Shown here in pieces: positions 27,432 through 38,892 of a stretch of DNA of 64,000 bases (its first letter is position 1; the number at the start of each line of letters is the position of its first letter). Source of the DNA: Candidatus Thorarchaeota archaeon. Its GTDB lineage: Archaea > Asgardarchaeota > Thorarchaeia > Thorarchaeales > Thorarchaeaceae. The stretch spans positions 160,001-224,000 of the forward strand of contig JAGSHN010000016.1 of NCBI GenBank assembly GCA_029855935.1. The letters are read 5' to 3'. The notes under the pieces are model-generated. The model did no database searches and was not told the DNA's origin. It saw only the letters and a program-made list of their open reading frames with translations. The position numbers were made by a program, and so were the translations under genes.

Positions 27432-28820
27432 ATGCCTGTCTGCCCCATAGACTATGGTCGCTACGGTCACCGCGATATGGTGAGGCTGTTCGAGGAGGAA
27501 TATCGGCACGCACTATGGCTGAGGATCGAGGCCACTGTTGCGGAGGTGCAGGCCGAGCTCGGTATCATACCATCTGAGGCGGCTGAGGACATCATAGCGA
27601 CTGCCAGACCAGAGGTGGTCACACTTGAGAGAACGATGGAGATCGAGGCACTGCGACGGCACGATGTGGCGGCGCTGTACGAGGCGATAGCCGAGGAGTG
27701 CCAGGGCCCGGGTCGACGGTGGGTCCACTACGGCCTGACGAGCAATGATGTGAAGGACACAGCTCTCGCACTGCAACTGAGGGCTGCATTCGACGTACTC
27801 CTCCCACAGGTGGATGCGCTGTGTGATACCCTGGCAAGACGCGCTGAGGAGACAGTCGACCTCGTTGCTGTGGGGCGTTCCCACGGTCAGCATGCTGTCC
27901 CCATCACGTACGGGATACGCTTTGCAGTCTGGCTGGATGAGTTGAGGCGTCACAGACTGCGGCTGCTCGAGGCGCGTCACAGGGCCGTTGTCGGAAAGGT
28001 CGCGGGTGCGACGGGCAGCCATGCTGCACTCGGTCCCGTGGGCCTTGAGATGCAGGACAGAGTGCTGACACGACTGGGTCTGGGAGTGCCCATCGCCACA
28101 ACACAGATCGTTCAGAGGGACCGCCACGCGGAGGCCGTCCTTACATTGGCGAACCTCGCTGCAACGCTCGATAAGATCGCCACAGACATCCGGAGCCTTC
28201 AGCGGACGGAGATTGGAGAGGTCGCGGAGCCATTCGCAAGGGGCGAGCAGGTGGGCTCATCGGCAATGCCGCACAAGCGCAACCCGGTGACGTGCGAGAA
28301 GATATGTGGCATCGCGAGGCTCATCCGCAGTCTGGCGACGCCGGCCCTCGAGAATGTCGTGAGCTGGGAGGAGCGTGACATATCCCACTCCTCGACAGAG
28401 CGTTTCGTCATCCCTCAGTCATTCATCCTCACCGACTACATTGTGCGCGAGATGACACGGGTCATCGAGGGCCTGACGATATACACCGACCGGGTGGCGA
28501 AGAACCTTGAGATGACGAGGGGAATGATCTTCAGCGAGTATGTGGTGACCGCCCTGACGCAGGCAGGTGTGGAGCGTCCCGTCGCGCACGAGATTCTGCG
28601 AGAGGTGACCGCAAGGGCCGAACAGGAGGGAGTGGGTCTCATCGATGCCGCAGCGTCGCATCCGCGTCTGAGGGACATCATCAAGCACCTTTCACTCGAC
28701 ACTGACAACTATTATGAGTCGATCCGTGCGGTGTCGCGCACGATAGTGGAGAACGCCATCACCGCGTACCGCGACGACATCTGGCGACAACACGACCGAC
28801 GGGAGGACACAGGCGAATGA
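27432..28820 (+). CDS. purB: Adenylosuccinate lyase
   Basis: HDV, HYGLTSND, GRSHGQHA.P, GSSAMPHKRNP, ERDIS.S. Start ATG 27432. Confidence 0.95.
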   Translation: MPVCPIDYGRYGHRDMVRLFEEEYRHALWLRIEATVAEVQAELGIIPSEAAEDIIATARPEVVTLERTMEIEALRRHDVAALYEAIAEECQGPGRRWVHYGLTSNDVKDTALALQLRAAFDVLLPQVDALCDTLARRAEETVDLVAVGRSHGQHAVPITYGIRFAVWLDELRRHRLRLLEARHRAVVGKVAGATGSHAALGPVGLEMQDRVLTRLGLGVPIATTQIVQRDRHAEAVLTLANLAATLDKIATDIRSLQRTEIGEVAEPFARGEQVGSSAMPHKRNPVTCEKICGIARLIRSLATPALENVVSWEERDISHSSTERFVIPQSFILTDYIVREMTRVIEGLTIYTDRVAKNLEMTRGMIFSEYVVTALTQAGVERPVAHEILREVTARAEQEGVGLIDAAASHPRLRDIIKHLSLDTDNYYESIRAVSRTIVENAITAYRDDIWRQHDRREDTGE

Positions 28821-29605
28821 GGCTCCTTGTGACCCTGACAGCGGCAGAGGGCAAGCGACTGATCGCGAAGGGACTGCTGGGGCTTGAGGTCGTGCAGCAC
28901 GCGCTCCGCGAGGGCTATCTGTGTGTCACCCTCGGGACCACTTCCTCGTACCTCGTGGAGGAGATTCTCGGTGAGTACGACAAGACCCGTCACATCGCCG
29001 GCCTCACAGTTCCCCGAGGCGTGTGGGTGACAAGACCGGAGGCACGAGCGTATGACGCAATCTTCCACAGAGGAGAGTACCTCGAGCGCAAGAAGGTGAG
29101 GGACGTTCTCGAAGAGCTCGGGCCGGACGATGTGATTATCAAGAGCGCCAACGCCCTCGATGCCGATGGCGTACCGATAGTTCTTCTTGCGAGCGAGACG
29201 GGTGGGACCGTTGGCACGTTCCTCGGGGCTGTGGCTGCACGGGGTATCAATCTGCTCATGCCAGTGGGACTTGAGAAGTGCATCCCGGCAAGGTACGACG
29301 AGTTCAAGGACAGGGTGGGTATGCAGGCGTGGGACTACTACCTCGGTACACCAGTGGGCGCCATTGCCATTCCTGAGGGCCGGCCGTTCACAGAGGTTGA
29401 CGCCCTCCGGACACTGTTCGATGTCGAGGCGACACCCATTGCAGCAGGCGGTATCAATGGCGCCGAGGGATCAGTGACGCTTCTCGTCGAGGGGGACGAG
29501 GGTAGCATTCGCAGAGCGTACGAGTTTCTGAGAGATGAGATCAAGGGCGAGCCGCCATTTCCCCACGTAGCGCATCTCGCCGAGGACACTGGAGGTAGAG
29601 AGTGA
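28817..29605 (+). CDS. Conserved hypothetical protein (possible NagB/RpiA/CoA-transferase-like fold)
   Basis: E.KRLIAK, GTT, KSANALD, GGT.G, PVGLEK, AGG..GAEG; ATGA overlap with purB. Confidence 0.7.
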   Translation: MRLLVTLTAAEGKRLIAKGLLGLEVVQHALREGYLCVTLGTTSSYLVEEILGEYDKTRHIAGLTVPRGVWVTRPEARAYDAIFHRGEYLERKKVRDVLEELGPDDVIIKSANALDADGVPIVLLASETGGTVGTFLGAVAARGINLLMPVGLEKCIPARYDEFKDRVGMQAWDYYLGTPVGAIAIPEGRPFTEVDALRTLFDVEATPIAAGGINGAEGSVTLLVEGDEGSIRRAYEFLRDEIKGEPPFPHVAHLAEDTGGRE

Positions 29606-30363
29606 TGCCCGACGAGGTCATCAGGACGGAGAGGCTGACAAAGGTCTTTGAGAAGGGGCGCAGGCGCGAGGTCGTGGCGCTCGATCAGGTGAACCTCACC
29701 GTGCAGCGTGGAGAGGTCTTTGGGCTGCTCGGGCCCAACGGAGCTGGGAAGACGACACTGATTCGGATCCTTGTCGGTCTGCTCACACCGACGTCGGGGC
29801 GGGCATTCGTCCTGGGGCGAGATGTCACAACGGACATTGACTATATCCGTCAGAGGGTGGCACTCCTTCCGCAGGAGGCAGGCATATACGAGAGGCTCAC
29901 CGCTCGTGAGAACCTGATCTACTACGGCGGACTGTACGGTATTCCCGAGGAGGAACTGAACAGGAGGGCCGACCGGCTTCTTGAGATGGTCGGTCTGCGA
30001 GAGAGGGAGGACCATCAGGTCAAGGCGTTCAGCGGCGGGATGAAGCGCAAGGTGCTCGTGGCACGGGCGCTGATCATCGAGCCGGAACTGGTCTTTCTCG
30101 ACGAGCCGACGACCGGTGTGGACACGCTCGGCGCAAGGGTCGTACGGAACATGCTCAAGAGGCTGAGCTCGGAGGAGAACCGGACAATCGTACTGACCAC
30201 GCACGACCTGCACGAGGTGTCGGAACTGTGCTACCGCGTGGGGATCTTGAACGAGGGGAGGCTCGTTGCTGTGGGCCGACCAGATGAGCTCGAGGAGAAG
30301 TTCAGGGCGGCGAACTTGGAGGAGGTGTTCACGAGTCTTGTCACAGGTGAGGGACTTCAATGA
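29602..30363 (+). CDS. ABC transporter ATP-binding protein (ABC-2/CcmA-like)
   Basis: GPNGAGKTT, FSGGM, LDEPT, TTH. Confidence 0.95.
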   Translation: MMPDEVIRTERLTKVFEKGRRREVVALDQVNLTVQRGEVFGLLGPNGAGKTTLIRILVGLLTPTSGRAFVLGRDVTTDIDYIRQRVALLPQEAGIYERLTARENLIYYGGLYGIPEEELNRRADRLLEMVGLREREDHQVKAFSGGMKRKVLVARALIIEPELVFLDEPTTGVDTLGARVVRNMLKRLSSEENRTIVLTTHDLHEVSELCYRVGILNEGRLVAVGRPDELEEKFRAANLEEVFTSLVTGEGLQ

Positions 30364-30414
30364 CTCTTGTCACGACGAGTCATAGACAGACGACCGAAAC
30401 AGCCTCGCGACCAG

Positions 30415-31383
30415 CTATGTCATTTCCTGTCCGCGGCATCTTGAAACGCTGGATATCCCCATCAAATGCTGCCTGAGTTCCTCAATGCCGTCCTCAACCG
30501 AGTATTCGAACTTGAATCCAAGCCGGACAAGTTTCTCTGAAGAGATGGCATAGCTTGATCTATCTGGACTGGGAGATGGCGAAACCTCAACTCTCACATC
30601 GGGGAAGAATCGCTTGACTCGTTCCACCACTTGGTTCATTGTGAGATTCTCTGCGGCAACATTGTAGACATCTCCATCGGTTCCGCGATGAGAGGATGCG
30701 AATAGGTAGGCCTTCATTACATCTCTTATCTCAACGTAGGGCCGCATCTCCTCTAGTGAGGTTTCCCACACAGTGAGTGGGTGGCCTACAGACGCGTAGA
30801 CGGTGAATCTGTTGACAACAGTATCGAAACGCATGCCAACTGACCAGCCCGCAACGGTGCCAAGACGAAGCCCTGTCCAGCGAAATCCGTTCTCTTGTGA
30901 CCTCTTCCACATCTCCTGTTCAGCCATCAGCTTGTACTTTCCATAGGGGCTAATGGGAGAACACTCGAATGTTTCATCGACGATGCCGGGGGTCCGGCCA
31001 TAGACCGAGGCTGTCGACGTATAGATCATCTTCTCGACAATTCCGTCGGCAGCAGCCTCGAAGACATTCAGAGCTCCTTGGTAGTTTGTTTCATAGGTCA
31101 GCTGTTCCCTCTCAAAAGATAGTGGAGCATTTGTGATATCTGACAATGCAAAGACAACGGTCACATCCCGCATTGCTTCCTTTACGTGTTCTCGGTTCCG
31201 GACATCGCCAAGGAACATCTCATATCTGCATTCAGTGGGCAAGTCAAACAAAGACACGTACCTGTCGCGAAACATATTGTCAAATAGTCGTATTGTTTCA
31301 CCTTCGAATCTCTTGTGTATTGGCAACTCGCGGACCAAACGTGACCCGAGATACCCACAGCCTCCAGTCACTAGGATGACCAT
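30415..31383 (-). CDS. NAD-dependent epimerase/dehydratase
   Basis: TGGCGYLG, STASVYG, YGKYK, RPYV...D. Confidence 0.9.
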   Translation of the reverse strand: MVILVTGGCGYLGSRLVRELPIHKRFEGETIRLFDNMFRDRYVSLFDLPTECRYEMFLGDVRNREHVKEAMRDVTVVFALSDITNAPLSFEREQLTYETNYQGALNVFEAAADGIVEKMIYTSTASVYGRTPGIVDETFECSPISPYGKYKLMAEQEMWKRSQENGFRWTGLRLGTVAGWSVGMRFDTVVNRFTVYASVGHPLTVWETSLEEMRPYVEIRDVMKAYLFASSHRGTDGDVYNVAAENLTMNQVVERVKRFFPDVRVEVSPSPSPDRSSYAISSEKLVRLGFKFEYSVEDGIEELRQHLMGISSVSRCRGQEMT

Positions 31384-31776
31384 GTCGGATTACACTCCTA
31401 TGCTTCTCTTTCGCACCCGCCACGCAATAGCTCTCATATCGCCATATTAGTACATCTCGCACTATTGTCGGCTGCTGACCGCAGAGCACAGTCAAGCGGG
31501 TGTTGAGGGACGGATGTTGACATACAATCATCAAGAGCCTTCTCGCGAGTTCTATCTCTGGCGTGCTAGAGATGTCGTTTGCAAATGAGCTGGGCTCACG
31601 AATGGCGACAAATAGTGTACGACATCGCTGATGATAGAAATGGGCTTCTTCAGATGCGAAGCGGCCAAACTCTCCCGAGTGCGCTAGATGACGGTTCCGC
31701 CGTTGGGCCCTCCGTTGGAGAACAGTTAGAAGAGGCTCAGCGAAGGCCTCCGCACCCCTTCCCCGATGGCAGAGAT

Positions 31777-32932
31777 GTGCGCATAGCAGTGTTGTACACA
31801 CATCTTGTGCATTGGATGGGTGGAACACGCCATCTGTTCGAGGTGGCTAGGGGTCTGAGTGGCAAGCGCTCCCAATCTATTTGTTGAGAAAATCGGAAAG
31901 GCTCAAGACGTGTTCTCGTGGTTCATATTCCGGAGACAATTGGCATCTCATTTTGCAGCGCCAGGTACTGGGCATTGTTCCCATATTACCTACGCAAGAA
32001 CGTGAAGGTCATCAAAGAAACGAGTAGCGACGTTGGCATATACTTGGCATCTTTCATCCCCACAAATTGGGTCGCGTCAACGATTTCAAAGCAGTTTCCA
32101 AACGTCTGTTCCGAGATTTCCGTTTCGTTTCATGATTCCGTTTCTCTACGGAGCCTGTCCTGGGTGAGGAAGACTCTCATCGGACTTGCCGGGATTCCTT
32201 TCAGAAAGTATGACATTCCCGGTACAATAGCGTGTAAGAAAGTGCCTACACTGAGTAACTTCACAGCCGCTCAGAAAGATTTGCGGCGTTGACCCGGCTG
32301 TAGTTAGACAAGGGGTGGATATTGACCTCTGAATGAGAAATAGCCCCTCTCCTATAAGAGATACAAGGACTTCAAAATTGTTCTACGTTCAACAAACTAC
32401 AGATACACGAAACAAACCGACGTTCTTGCCAACGCTCCTCCCGAGGTCAAGACAGTAATCCCCAAGTGCTGGGCTGCTCGTCTTGGGCAGCCGTGAAGTG
32501 GCGCCAGCTAGAGCTCAGATTGTTTCACCAGCCGAACAATTGGTTGTTCTTGGCAATATCGAGTTCCTACCATTCATCGTTGATGCGATGCTTCCGTACT
32601 ACTACTCACTGGCACACATCGTGGTTCAACCATCACTTCACGAGGCAGCCAGCCTGCCAACAAAGGAAGCAATGGCTTGCGAAACTCCCGTGATCGACTG
32701 TTATGGCGACGGAAGCGAAGATGACATTGGCAATAGGGGGTGCGGACTCAGAGTTCCACATGGCGCTGTCGAAGCGCTCTCTGATTCTATTGTTCGCATT
32801 CCGGAAGACGAGGGAGCGGCAAGGAGGATGGGCAGAATTGGTCGAGAGAGAGTCCTCAGGCTCTTCACTTGGGACAAGGTAGCCGATTCAATCTATGCTT
32901 CAATACAGACGGTTCTTAATGACGCCACATAG
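31777..32932 (+). pseudogene. Fragmented GT4 glycosyltransferase
   Basis: Pieces in separate short ORFs: VRIAVLYTHLVHWMGGTRH (31777), PTNWV...KYD (31918-32292), PS..EA..L..KEAMACETPV...FTWDKVA (32483-32932). Confidence 0.8.
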
Positions 32933-33072
32933 GAAACAGACTTGTGAATGCTTGTCCGTACCATATCAAATTGCCATTTTGGATCCTCATTCCAGTATTC
33001 GACCGCAACATTATTCTATCGTTTCAAAAGGGACTCCTCTGCTACGGTAACTCCTAATGGGCGGTTCACTCA

Positions 33073-34305
33073 ATGAGAATACTTGTCGTCCAAGATGCCG
33101 ATTGGGGTGCCAAAGGACCTCATCAACAACATCATCTCTTCGAAAGATTACAGATTATGGGGCACCACATTCGAATAATTGACTATGAAACATTCTGGAA
33201 ACGAAACTTGACCGGGGGTATCCTGGCAAGACGGAAGGAATACTATGCCTCTGGAAAGGTTGTGTCGACCTCTCGTCTATTGGTAGTTCGACCCACAATG
33301 CTGAGAATCCCGTTACTTTGCTACTTGACTACTCTACTGTTCAATTATTTTGAAATTCGAAAGCAGATATCTGAGTTCCGGCCAGACGTGATTGTCGGCT
33401 GGGGGCTTCTGAGTTCATTAGTATCCTTGAGGGTTGCAAAGGAGTATGGAATACCCTTCGTATTCTACGTGATAGATAGCCTACATTCGCTGATCCCAGA
33501 AAGGCTATTTCGAGGTGTTGGACTGTTTATTGAGAGGTATCTAGCGAGCCACGCTGACAAGGTTTTTGTCATTAGCAAGTACCTCGCGGAGTATGTTCAC
33601 CGCCTCGGCACGCCAAAGGACAGAATACATGTTCTGAGTGCGGGTGTTGACTTCAATCGTTTCAATCCTCAGATAGACGGGAAGGCTATTAGATCAAGAT
33701 ATGGCATTCGAAACGACGACATCGTCCTCTTCTTTATGGGTAATATGTTTCCCTTTAGTGGGCTAAAGGAACTTGCGGAAGAGCTGATTGAAAGATCTGA
33801 TGCTCCGAACGTGAAATTGCTGCTGCTGGGTCGGGGTGAGCTCTTCAGTGAATTGGAAGAGCTCGGGAAGAAGCCTAAAGCCAGAGGCAGAATTGTGTTG
33901 GTAGATTGGGTAGACTACGACGATGTTCCGATGTACGTGGCTGCTGCTGATCTCACGCTCTTGCCTGCCCAGGCTAACAAGACAATGCAATACGCCTTGC
34001 CAATCAAGACCTACGAGTATCTCGCCTGTGGAAAGCCGTTGATTACTACCAAATTGCCAGGAATGATCAAGGAGTTCGGGAGCAACAGCGGGGTTCTGTA
34101 TGTCGATTCTGCTAGTGAGATAGTTGACTTGGCAATAGAACTTCAATCGCACCCTGAAATCTTGCGTCAAATCTCCGAAAGCGCAGTTCAGTTTGTTAGG
34201 CCTCTGGATTGGTGCAAACTCACACGTCGATTTGAGCGTCTTCTGGAAAGAACCATCCGTGAGAATGAAACTAGGCCTCATAGCTCCTCGGAGATCTTTG
34301 GGTAG
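33073..34305 (+). CDS. Glycosyltransferase family 4
   Basis: GVD...F.P, LPIKTYEYLACGKP. Confidence 0.9.
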   Translation: MRILVVQDADWGAKGPHQQHHLFERLQIMGHHIRIIDYETFWKRNLTGGILARRKEYYASGKVVSTSRLLVVRPTMLRIPLLCYLTTLLFNYFEIRKQISEFRPDVIVGWGLLSSLVSLRVAKEYGIPFVFYVIDSLHSLIPERLFRGVGLFIERYLASHADKVFVISKYLAEYVHRLGTPKDRIHVLSAGVDFNRFNPQIDGKAIRSRYGIRNDDIVLFFMGNMFPFSGLKELAEELIERSDAPNVKLLLLGRGELFSELEELGKKPKARGRIVLVDWVDYDDVPMYVAAADLTLLPAQANKTMQYALPIKTYEYLACGKPLITTKLPGMIKEFGSNSGVLYVDSASEIVDLAIELQSHPEILRQISESAVQFVRPLDWCKLTRRFERLLERTIRENETRPHSSSEIFG

Positions 34306-34408
34306 TTCGAGCATTGATTCTTTGTCAAGGCAGGATTACCAAAAGTGACAAATGTATCTATGAGCGGAATATAGTCGGTCGTGGAACGAAAGGAGGAGAA
34401 CCGATACT

Positions 34409-36358
34409 ATGATTTCCGCCGTGTCAGCGATCACAGTGACCATACTCCTAGTTCTAATCAACCTGCCAAGTGGTTTTGTTTTCGTAAGGTTTCTCTTGGG
34501 TCGAGTACCAACTAGGTCCAATGTGCTCTCGTATGTCGTTCTGATGATTTGTGCCGGAATACCCGTAAACCTGATGTGTTGGTGGTGCATTGCCCAAATT
34601 TGGTTTTCAGTCTGGACCTTTTGGCTAGTGCCGTTGAGCGCTACAACTATTTCTGTATTGGCCACAAAATACTTGCAATCAGCAGCAAGGGGTCCCGAAA
34701 CGAATTCTGGTCTTTTTTTCACGAAAGCAAACGTGTTCTTTTCAGCGATAGCACTCTTCGCATTTACCTTTTACACGGTTGTAGCCTTGTATCTTGGCTG
34801 GCCTCCCCCCGGGGATCCTTGGTATCACGGTCGAATGGTGGAGACCATTGTTGTCCAACAAAGATACCCTGTAGACTATATGCCGTATTCCTCACATCTG
34901 ATTCTGTATCCCCTAGGATTTCATTTGCTTGTCGCAGGGCTCAGGATGACAACTGGGTTCTATGTTGGAGAGGTTATGCTCATAGCGGCGTGCTTTGTGA
35001 TGGCAACCATTTCAATCGGGATTGCATGGGTAACGTACGCCCGCACCGAGTCACTTTGGTTGACGCTACTTGCTTTCGTTCTGGCGTTCTATATTCACCC
35101 TGTCTCTAGAGCGCATTTCTCAGCAGTCCAGTATTTCCTAAATGGCACATATCCAGTATTACTGGGGACGGAAATCTGCTTGGTTTCTTTCCTACTGTTA
35201 TCGAGGCAGGGATTGGATAACTCACTTGCTGCTAATCTTAAGACTATGAGTGGCTTTGCCATGTTTGCACTAGTCTTGCTGTTTACGTACCCGCCTTTTG
35301 CTGTGGTTCAGGGTTTTTGTTTCCTAGTTGTTGTACTAAAGATGCCCAGAAAACAAGGTTCCAGAGTACTACGGAGGGGGAAGAAGCTTCTATCAGCTAT
35401 CGTTTCTCTTCTACTAGTCGCTATTGGTGCATGTCTGACGGGTCAGTTTCCGTATCTCCAGTATTGGATTAGTAGTCGACACGTCTTCTATACCTATGCA
35501 TTGTCACCGCTGTATCTCTTCAATGGAATTGTGTTGCCCATTCTCATCATCGGGGCATTTGGTAGTGCTCTGTGTTACTATTCCAACCGGCGTGACAGAT
35601 TTGCCCTCGTTTCAATTGCCCTAACTGTTTCACTTCTTCTCTCTACTGTTCCTCCTCTTTTTGAGAGCTTCCTCTCATATCTTCTGCCCAATCGCCTCTC
35701 CCTAGTGGTGTCATTTGCATCCTACGTATTTGTTATGGAGTTCTTCAATTTGGCCTGCGAACGAATCACAACCCTTGTCAGCCAAAGGGGGGTTTCTGCC
35801 TGTCCTATTCACTGGCTTGAATCTCCCGGTCGCTTTCAGCTCTTGACATTCCTCATCATCGGAATTCTGATCTTTCCTTCAGTTTCAAGGGTACTCTTCT
35901 TCGATGCCCAGTTCCGTGCCAACTGGCTGAACCGCGATCCGAATGCACAGAATGACTTCAGGTGTATGGAATTCCTTGGTCAAGTCCACGATGATACGCA
36001 TCTTGTTCTCAACTATATGTCCTACACCGACTATTTTCTTCCTTCCTTCGGCATTCTCAACACAACATATGGTCTTGCGATGGATAGATATCGGGCGGAA
36101 GTACTGAGAGCAATATGGGATCATCCCGAAAACGAAACTGCTATGCGTGAGCTGCTGGCGACGTATGGCGTTCGGTACATACTGGTCACCTCCTTTTGGG
36201 CGATTCTTGACTTTCTAGGGAACGGAACCGTAAGAAGCAGGGCAATAGATGCTGTTACGTATCAGCAGTACTGGGACAACTACAGCTTCCTCCACAAAGT
36301 GTTCGCGGCTGGTAATTCGTGTGTCTATGAGGTGAAAGCTAGTCAACTGCCCTCCTGA
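34409..36358 (+). CDS. Polytopic membrane protein, GT-C-like (DUF6541-like)
   Basis: GDPWYH loop, YPLGFH, many TMs, C-terminal soluble domain (YGVRYILV...F...VYEV). Confidence 0.65.
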   Translation: MISAVSAITVTILLVLINLPSGFVFVRFLLGRVPTRSNVLSYVVLMICAGIPVNLMCWWCIAQIWFSVWTFWLVPLSATTISVLATKYLQSAARGPETNSGLFFTKANVFFSAIALFAFTFYTVVALYLGWPPPGDPWYHGRMVETIVVQQRYPVDYMPYSSHLILYPLGFHLLVAGLRMTTGFYVGEVMLIAACFVMATISIGIAWVTYARTESLWLTLLAFVLAFYIHPVSRAHFSAVQYFLNGTYPVLLGTEICLVSFLLLSRQGLDNSLAANLKTMSGFAMFALVLLFTYPPFAVVQGFCFLVVVLKMPRKQGSRVLRRGKKLLSAIVSLLLVAIGACLTGQFPYLQYWISSRHVFYTYALSPLYLFNGIVLPILIIGAFGSALCYYSNRRDRFALVSIALTVSLLLSTVPPLFESFLSYLLPNRLSLVVSFASYVFVMEFFNLACERITTLVSQRGVSACPIHWLESPGRFQLLTFLIIGILIFPSVSRVLFFDAQFRANWLNRDPNAQNDFRCMEFLGQVHDDTHLVLNYMSYTDYFLPSFGILNTTYGLAMDRYRAEVLRAIWDHPENETAMRELLATYGVRYILVTSFWAILDFLGNGTVRSRAIDAVTYQQYWDNYSFLHKVFAAGNSCVYEVKASQLPS

Positions 36359-37982
36359 ACGTACTTTGGAAACTACTTCTATGTTTCTCCCATACATAGG
36401 CAATCCTCTCCATAGTACGTATGACAAAGGAGGCAAATGGGATGAAGGAGAGGTGATGTTTCAATACTCTTGCGTCTGCTGGCGTGATGCTGCCACTGAC
36501 AATATGTACGATGAACAGCGTTAGGATCAGAAGGACTCCGGTTATGCTCCAAGAAAGTAACGGTCCCGCCGGGGCAGAAACCCAGAGGATTATGAATCCA
36601 ATGGCGAAAGAAGCAAACAGCGAAGCAGTCATAGTGATGCTCTTTCTTGCATCTAGTTGAATTCCCATCTCTCGCTTGAGCACAACGGCAAATCCTACAG
36701 TGAGGCAGATCTGTGAAAACACGCTTGCAAAGGCCATCCCGTAGTAGCCATAGAGGGGAATGGCGACTAAGGAGAAGGGCAAGACTAGCAGAGCGACAAG
36801 CATATTCACCTTGGAATATGAGTTTACCCTTGATTGTCCAAGCAAGAGGGGCCCACTGCAGAGGCTTCCCCAAGGTATCAACAGAGATTGACTCAGACTT
36901 AGGAGCGCAAGGACACCCCCACTGGGAAGATACTCCGGTGTGTAGAGAAGTGCCACTAGGGGAACCGAAAATACTGCAGCGAACACGCTGAAGCCGCCGC
37001 TCAAGTAGGTAGATATTTGAATCCCCTCAATGTAGACCCTTCTGAGGTCAGAGCCTTTCGGACTGAATGCCGTGAACTTCGAGAGAAATGTGAAGATCAC
37101 GGGGATGAATATTCCGCTCAGGTTCAATGCCAAGTTGCTCGCGGCCGAATACAGTCCAAATTCGTATGTGGTAAGGGCAAGTGCACCAACAATAAGCAGT
37201 ACTTGGTTCACAATATTGGCCGTTACGAGCGACACCCCAATTGGAGCTCCATACTCTATGAGCATACGTAAACGGGTCTTGAAGGGAATCATTGGAGATG
37301 CATTCTCACGCCTAGAACCAAACCGGACGACAAGTGGGACAGAAATCGCAGCGGTGAGGAGTGCTGATCCGCTATATCCTATCATTGCACCCTGCGCGCC
37401 ATAACCCAGTAACACGAAGGCAACGCTCAGACCTACCTTTGCTAGGGCACTTCCGACTTGAATCATCCCTGCAGTCTTTGCTTTGTCTTGACCCACGTAC
37501 AAATGATAGGCGACCTTTGATAGTCCCGAGGACGCTATCAAGGGGACAGACGCTACAACGACTGGCGCAAGCTGGGGAATTCCTACAGTTTCTCCGATAG
37601 CATATGAAAACAAGTATAGCAGCCAGCCAACAACCAGGCCTGTACAGGTTTCCCAGACTAGTGCAACGGTACCGATTGTGTCCGGTGGCATCCTAGTGCC
37701 CATTTTCTCTGCGGACGTATAATACTGCACGGAGATTGGCACACCGAGGTCACGTAGCGGCGCCAAGATTGCGAAGGGGATTAGTGCCATATAGTATAGT
37801 CCATAGGCCGAAGGAAGCAATAGTCGGGCTAGGACTATAGCTCCCAATCCGAGGACTGCGAAGCTTAGTGCGCCGTATATGGTCAGATAAACTCCGGACT
37901 TCGCTCTTTGAACAGACAATTTCAGCACCGTATTGATGGTGTTTGAGAGATGGCTACTAAAAGTAACCGATTTATGAGCCAA
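36339..37982 (-). CDS. Oligosaccharide flippase (Wzx/MOP family)
   Basis: LARLL.P..YG, DLG, GLYSAA, LYTPEY; 12-14 TM. Confidence 0.88.
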   Translation of the reverse strand: MAHKSVTFSSHLSNTINTVLKLSVQRAKSGVYLTIYGALSFAVLGLGAIVLARLLLPSAYGLYYMALIPFAILAPLRDLGVPISVQYYTSAEKMGTRMPPDTIGTVALVWETCTGLVVGWLLYLFSYAIGETVGIPQLAPVVVASVPLIASSGLSKVAYHLYVGQDKAKTAGMIQVGSALAKVGLSVAFVLLGYGAQGAMIGYSGSALLTAAISVPLVVRFGSRRENASPMIPFKTRLRMLIEYGAPIGVSLVTANIVNQVLLIVGALALTTYEFGLYSAASNLALNLSGIFIPVIFTFLSKFTAFSPKGSDLRRVYIEGIQISTYLSGGFSVFAAVFSVPLVALLYTPEYLPSGGVLALLSLSQSLLIPWGSLCSGPLLLGQSRVNSYSKVNMLVALLVLPFSLVAIPLYGYYGMAFASVFSQICLTVGFAVVLKREMGIQLDARKSITMTASLFASFAIGFIILWVSAPAGPLLSWSITGVLLILTLFIVHIVSGSITPADARVLKHHLSFIPFASFVIRTMERIAYVWEKHRSSFQSTFRRAVD

Positions 37983-38316
37983 ATTGTCCCCGTCAATTCA
38001 GAGTTCCCGTTCTAGTGCATTCGGTTGAGTCGGCATATGAGCGCACTACGTTTGCGCACGTGACAATCTGTCTGATGCCTATTGAAACTCGCTGCGTCTA
38101 GTTCTGTACTACATTTCCTCCTCTGAAACGTATCTAGCAAGCACTTCTCGTGAGGCTGTTTCAGATTGGGCCGAGGCTTTTGTTGGGGCCTCTACAAGAT
38201 AATACGATACGAGCAAGTCGAAACGAATGGACTTCGTCTAGCATTCACGTGCTGAAATATAGGCGGCACTGATAGACCCTGCGAGAGAAGTTACATTCCT
38301 CCAAAAGATATCCCTT

Positions 38317-38892
38317 TTGAAGCGATTTGCATTGGATCCGTTCCGAAGTATCATCAGGAATATGACATACGTTGCCGGTTCCGGACTAAGGCTGATATAC
38401 TATAGGAAACACTTTCGACGGATGGGTGACACCTGCATCATCGGTCCCTACGTAGTAATCGACCATCCGGAGCGCGTTTCTTTGGGCTTGTTTGTGATGA
38501 TTGACTCCCTTACTAGAATCGAGGCGGGTCGTGGCGTCCACATCGGGGATTGTTGCCACATATGTTCGGGATGCGTTCTCAGCGGGGCGGGTAGCCTCTA
38601 TATTGGCAACAATGTTGCCGTCTCAGCAGGCACAAAGGTCTAGAGTTCGAGTGAAACCTGGGGCGACGGCAAGAGGATAATCTCGTCCATGGTTCCCTTA
38701 TGCGAACGTGCAGTCGTATACGAGCCAGTCCGCAACTATGCCCGGAGTCACCATCGGGGAAGGGCGGTGGTTGGCGCAGGTTCTGCGGTTCTGCACGATG
38801 TGCCTGATTGGAAGGTTGTGGTGGGTGCACCCGCGAAGGTTGTGAAGGAACGGCCGCGCACCAAACTTAATGACAAGGAGCGCGCGGTTTGA
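38317..38892 (+). pseudogene. Disrupted hexapeptide-repeat O-acyltransferase
   Basis: LbH repeats (IGDCCHICSGC, IGNNVAVSAG), stop at 38643, then GAVVGAGSAV.HDVP...VVVGAPAK in a separate ORF. Confidence 0.78.

Noticed and set aside
29338-30360. 340-aa antisense ORF and similar long antisense ORFs elsewhere (e.g. 23018..23815, 45694..46515)
   Set aside because: Typical antisense shadows of GC-rich coding genes with no recognisable motifs.
31384-31776. Track ORFs 31298..31828 and the 5' part of 31579..31887
   Set aside because: No protein-like features; probably the intergenic region between divergent island genes.
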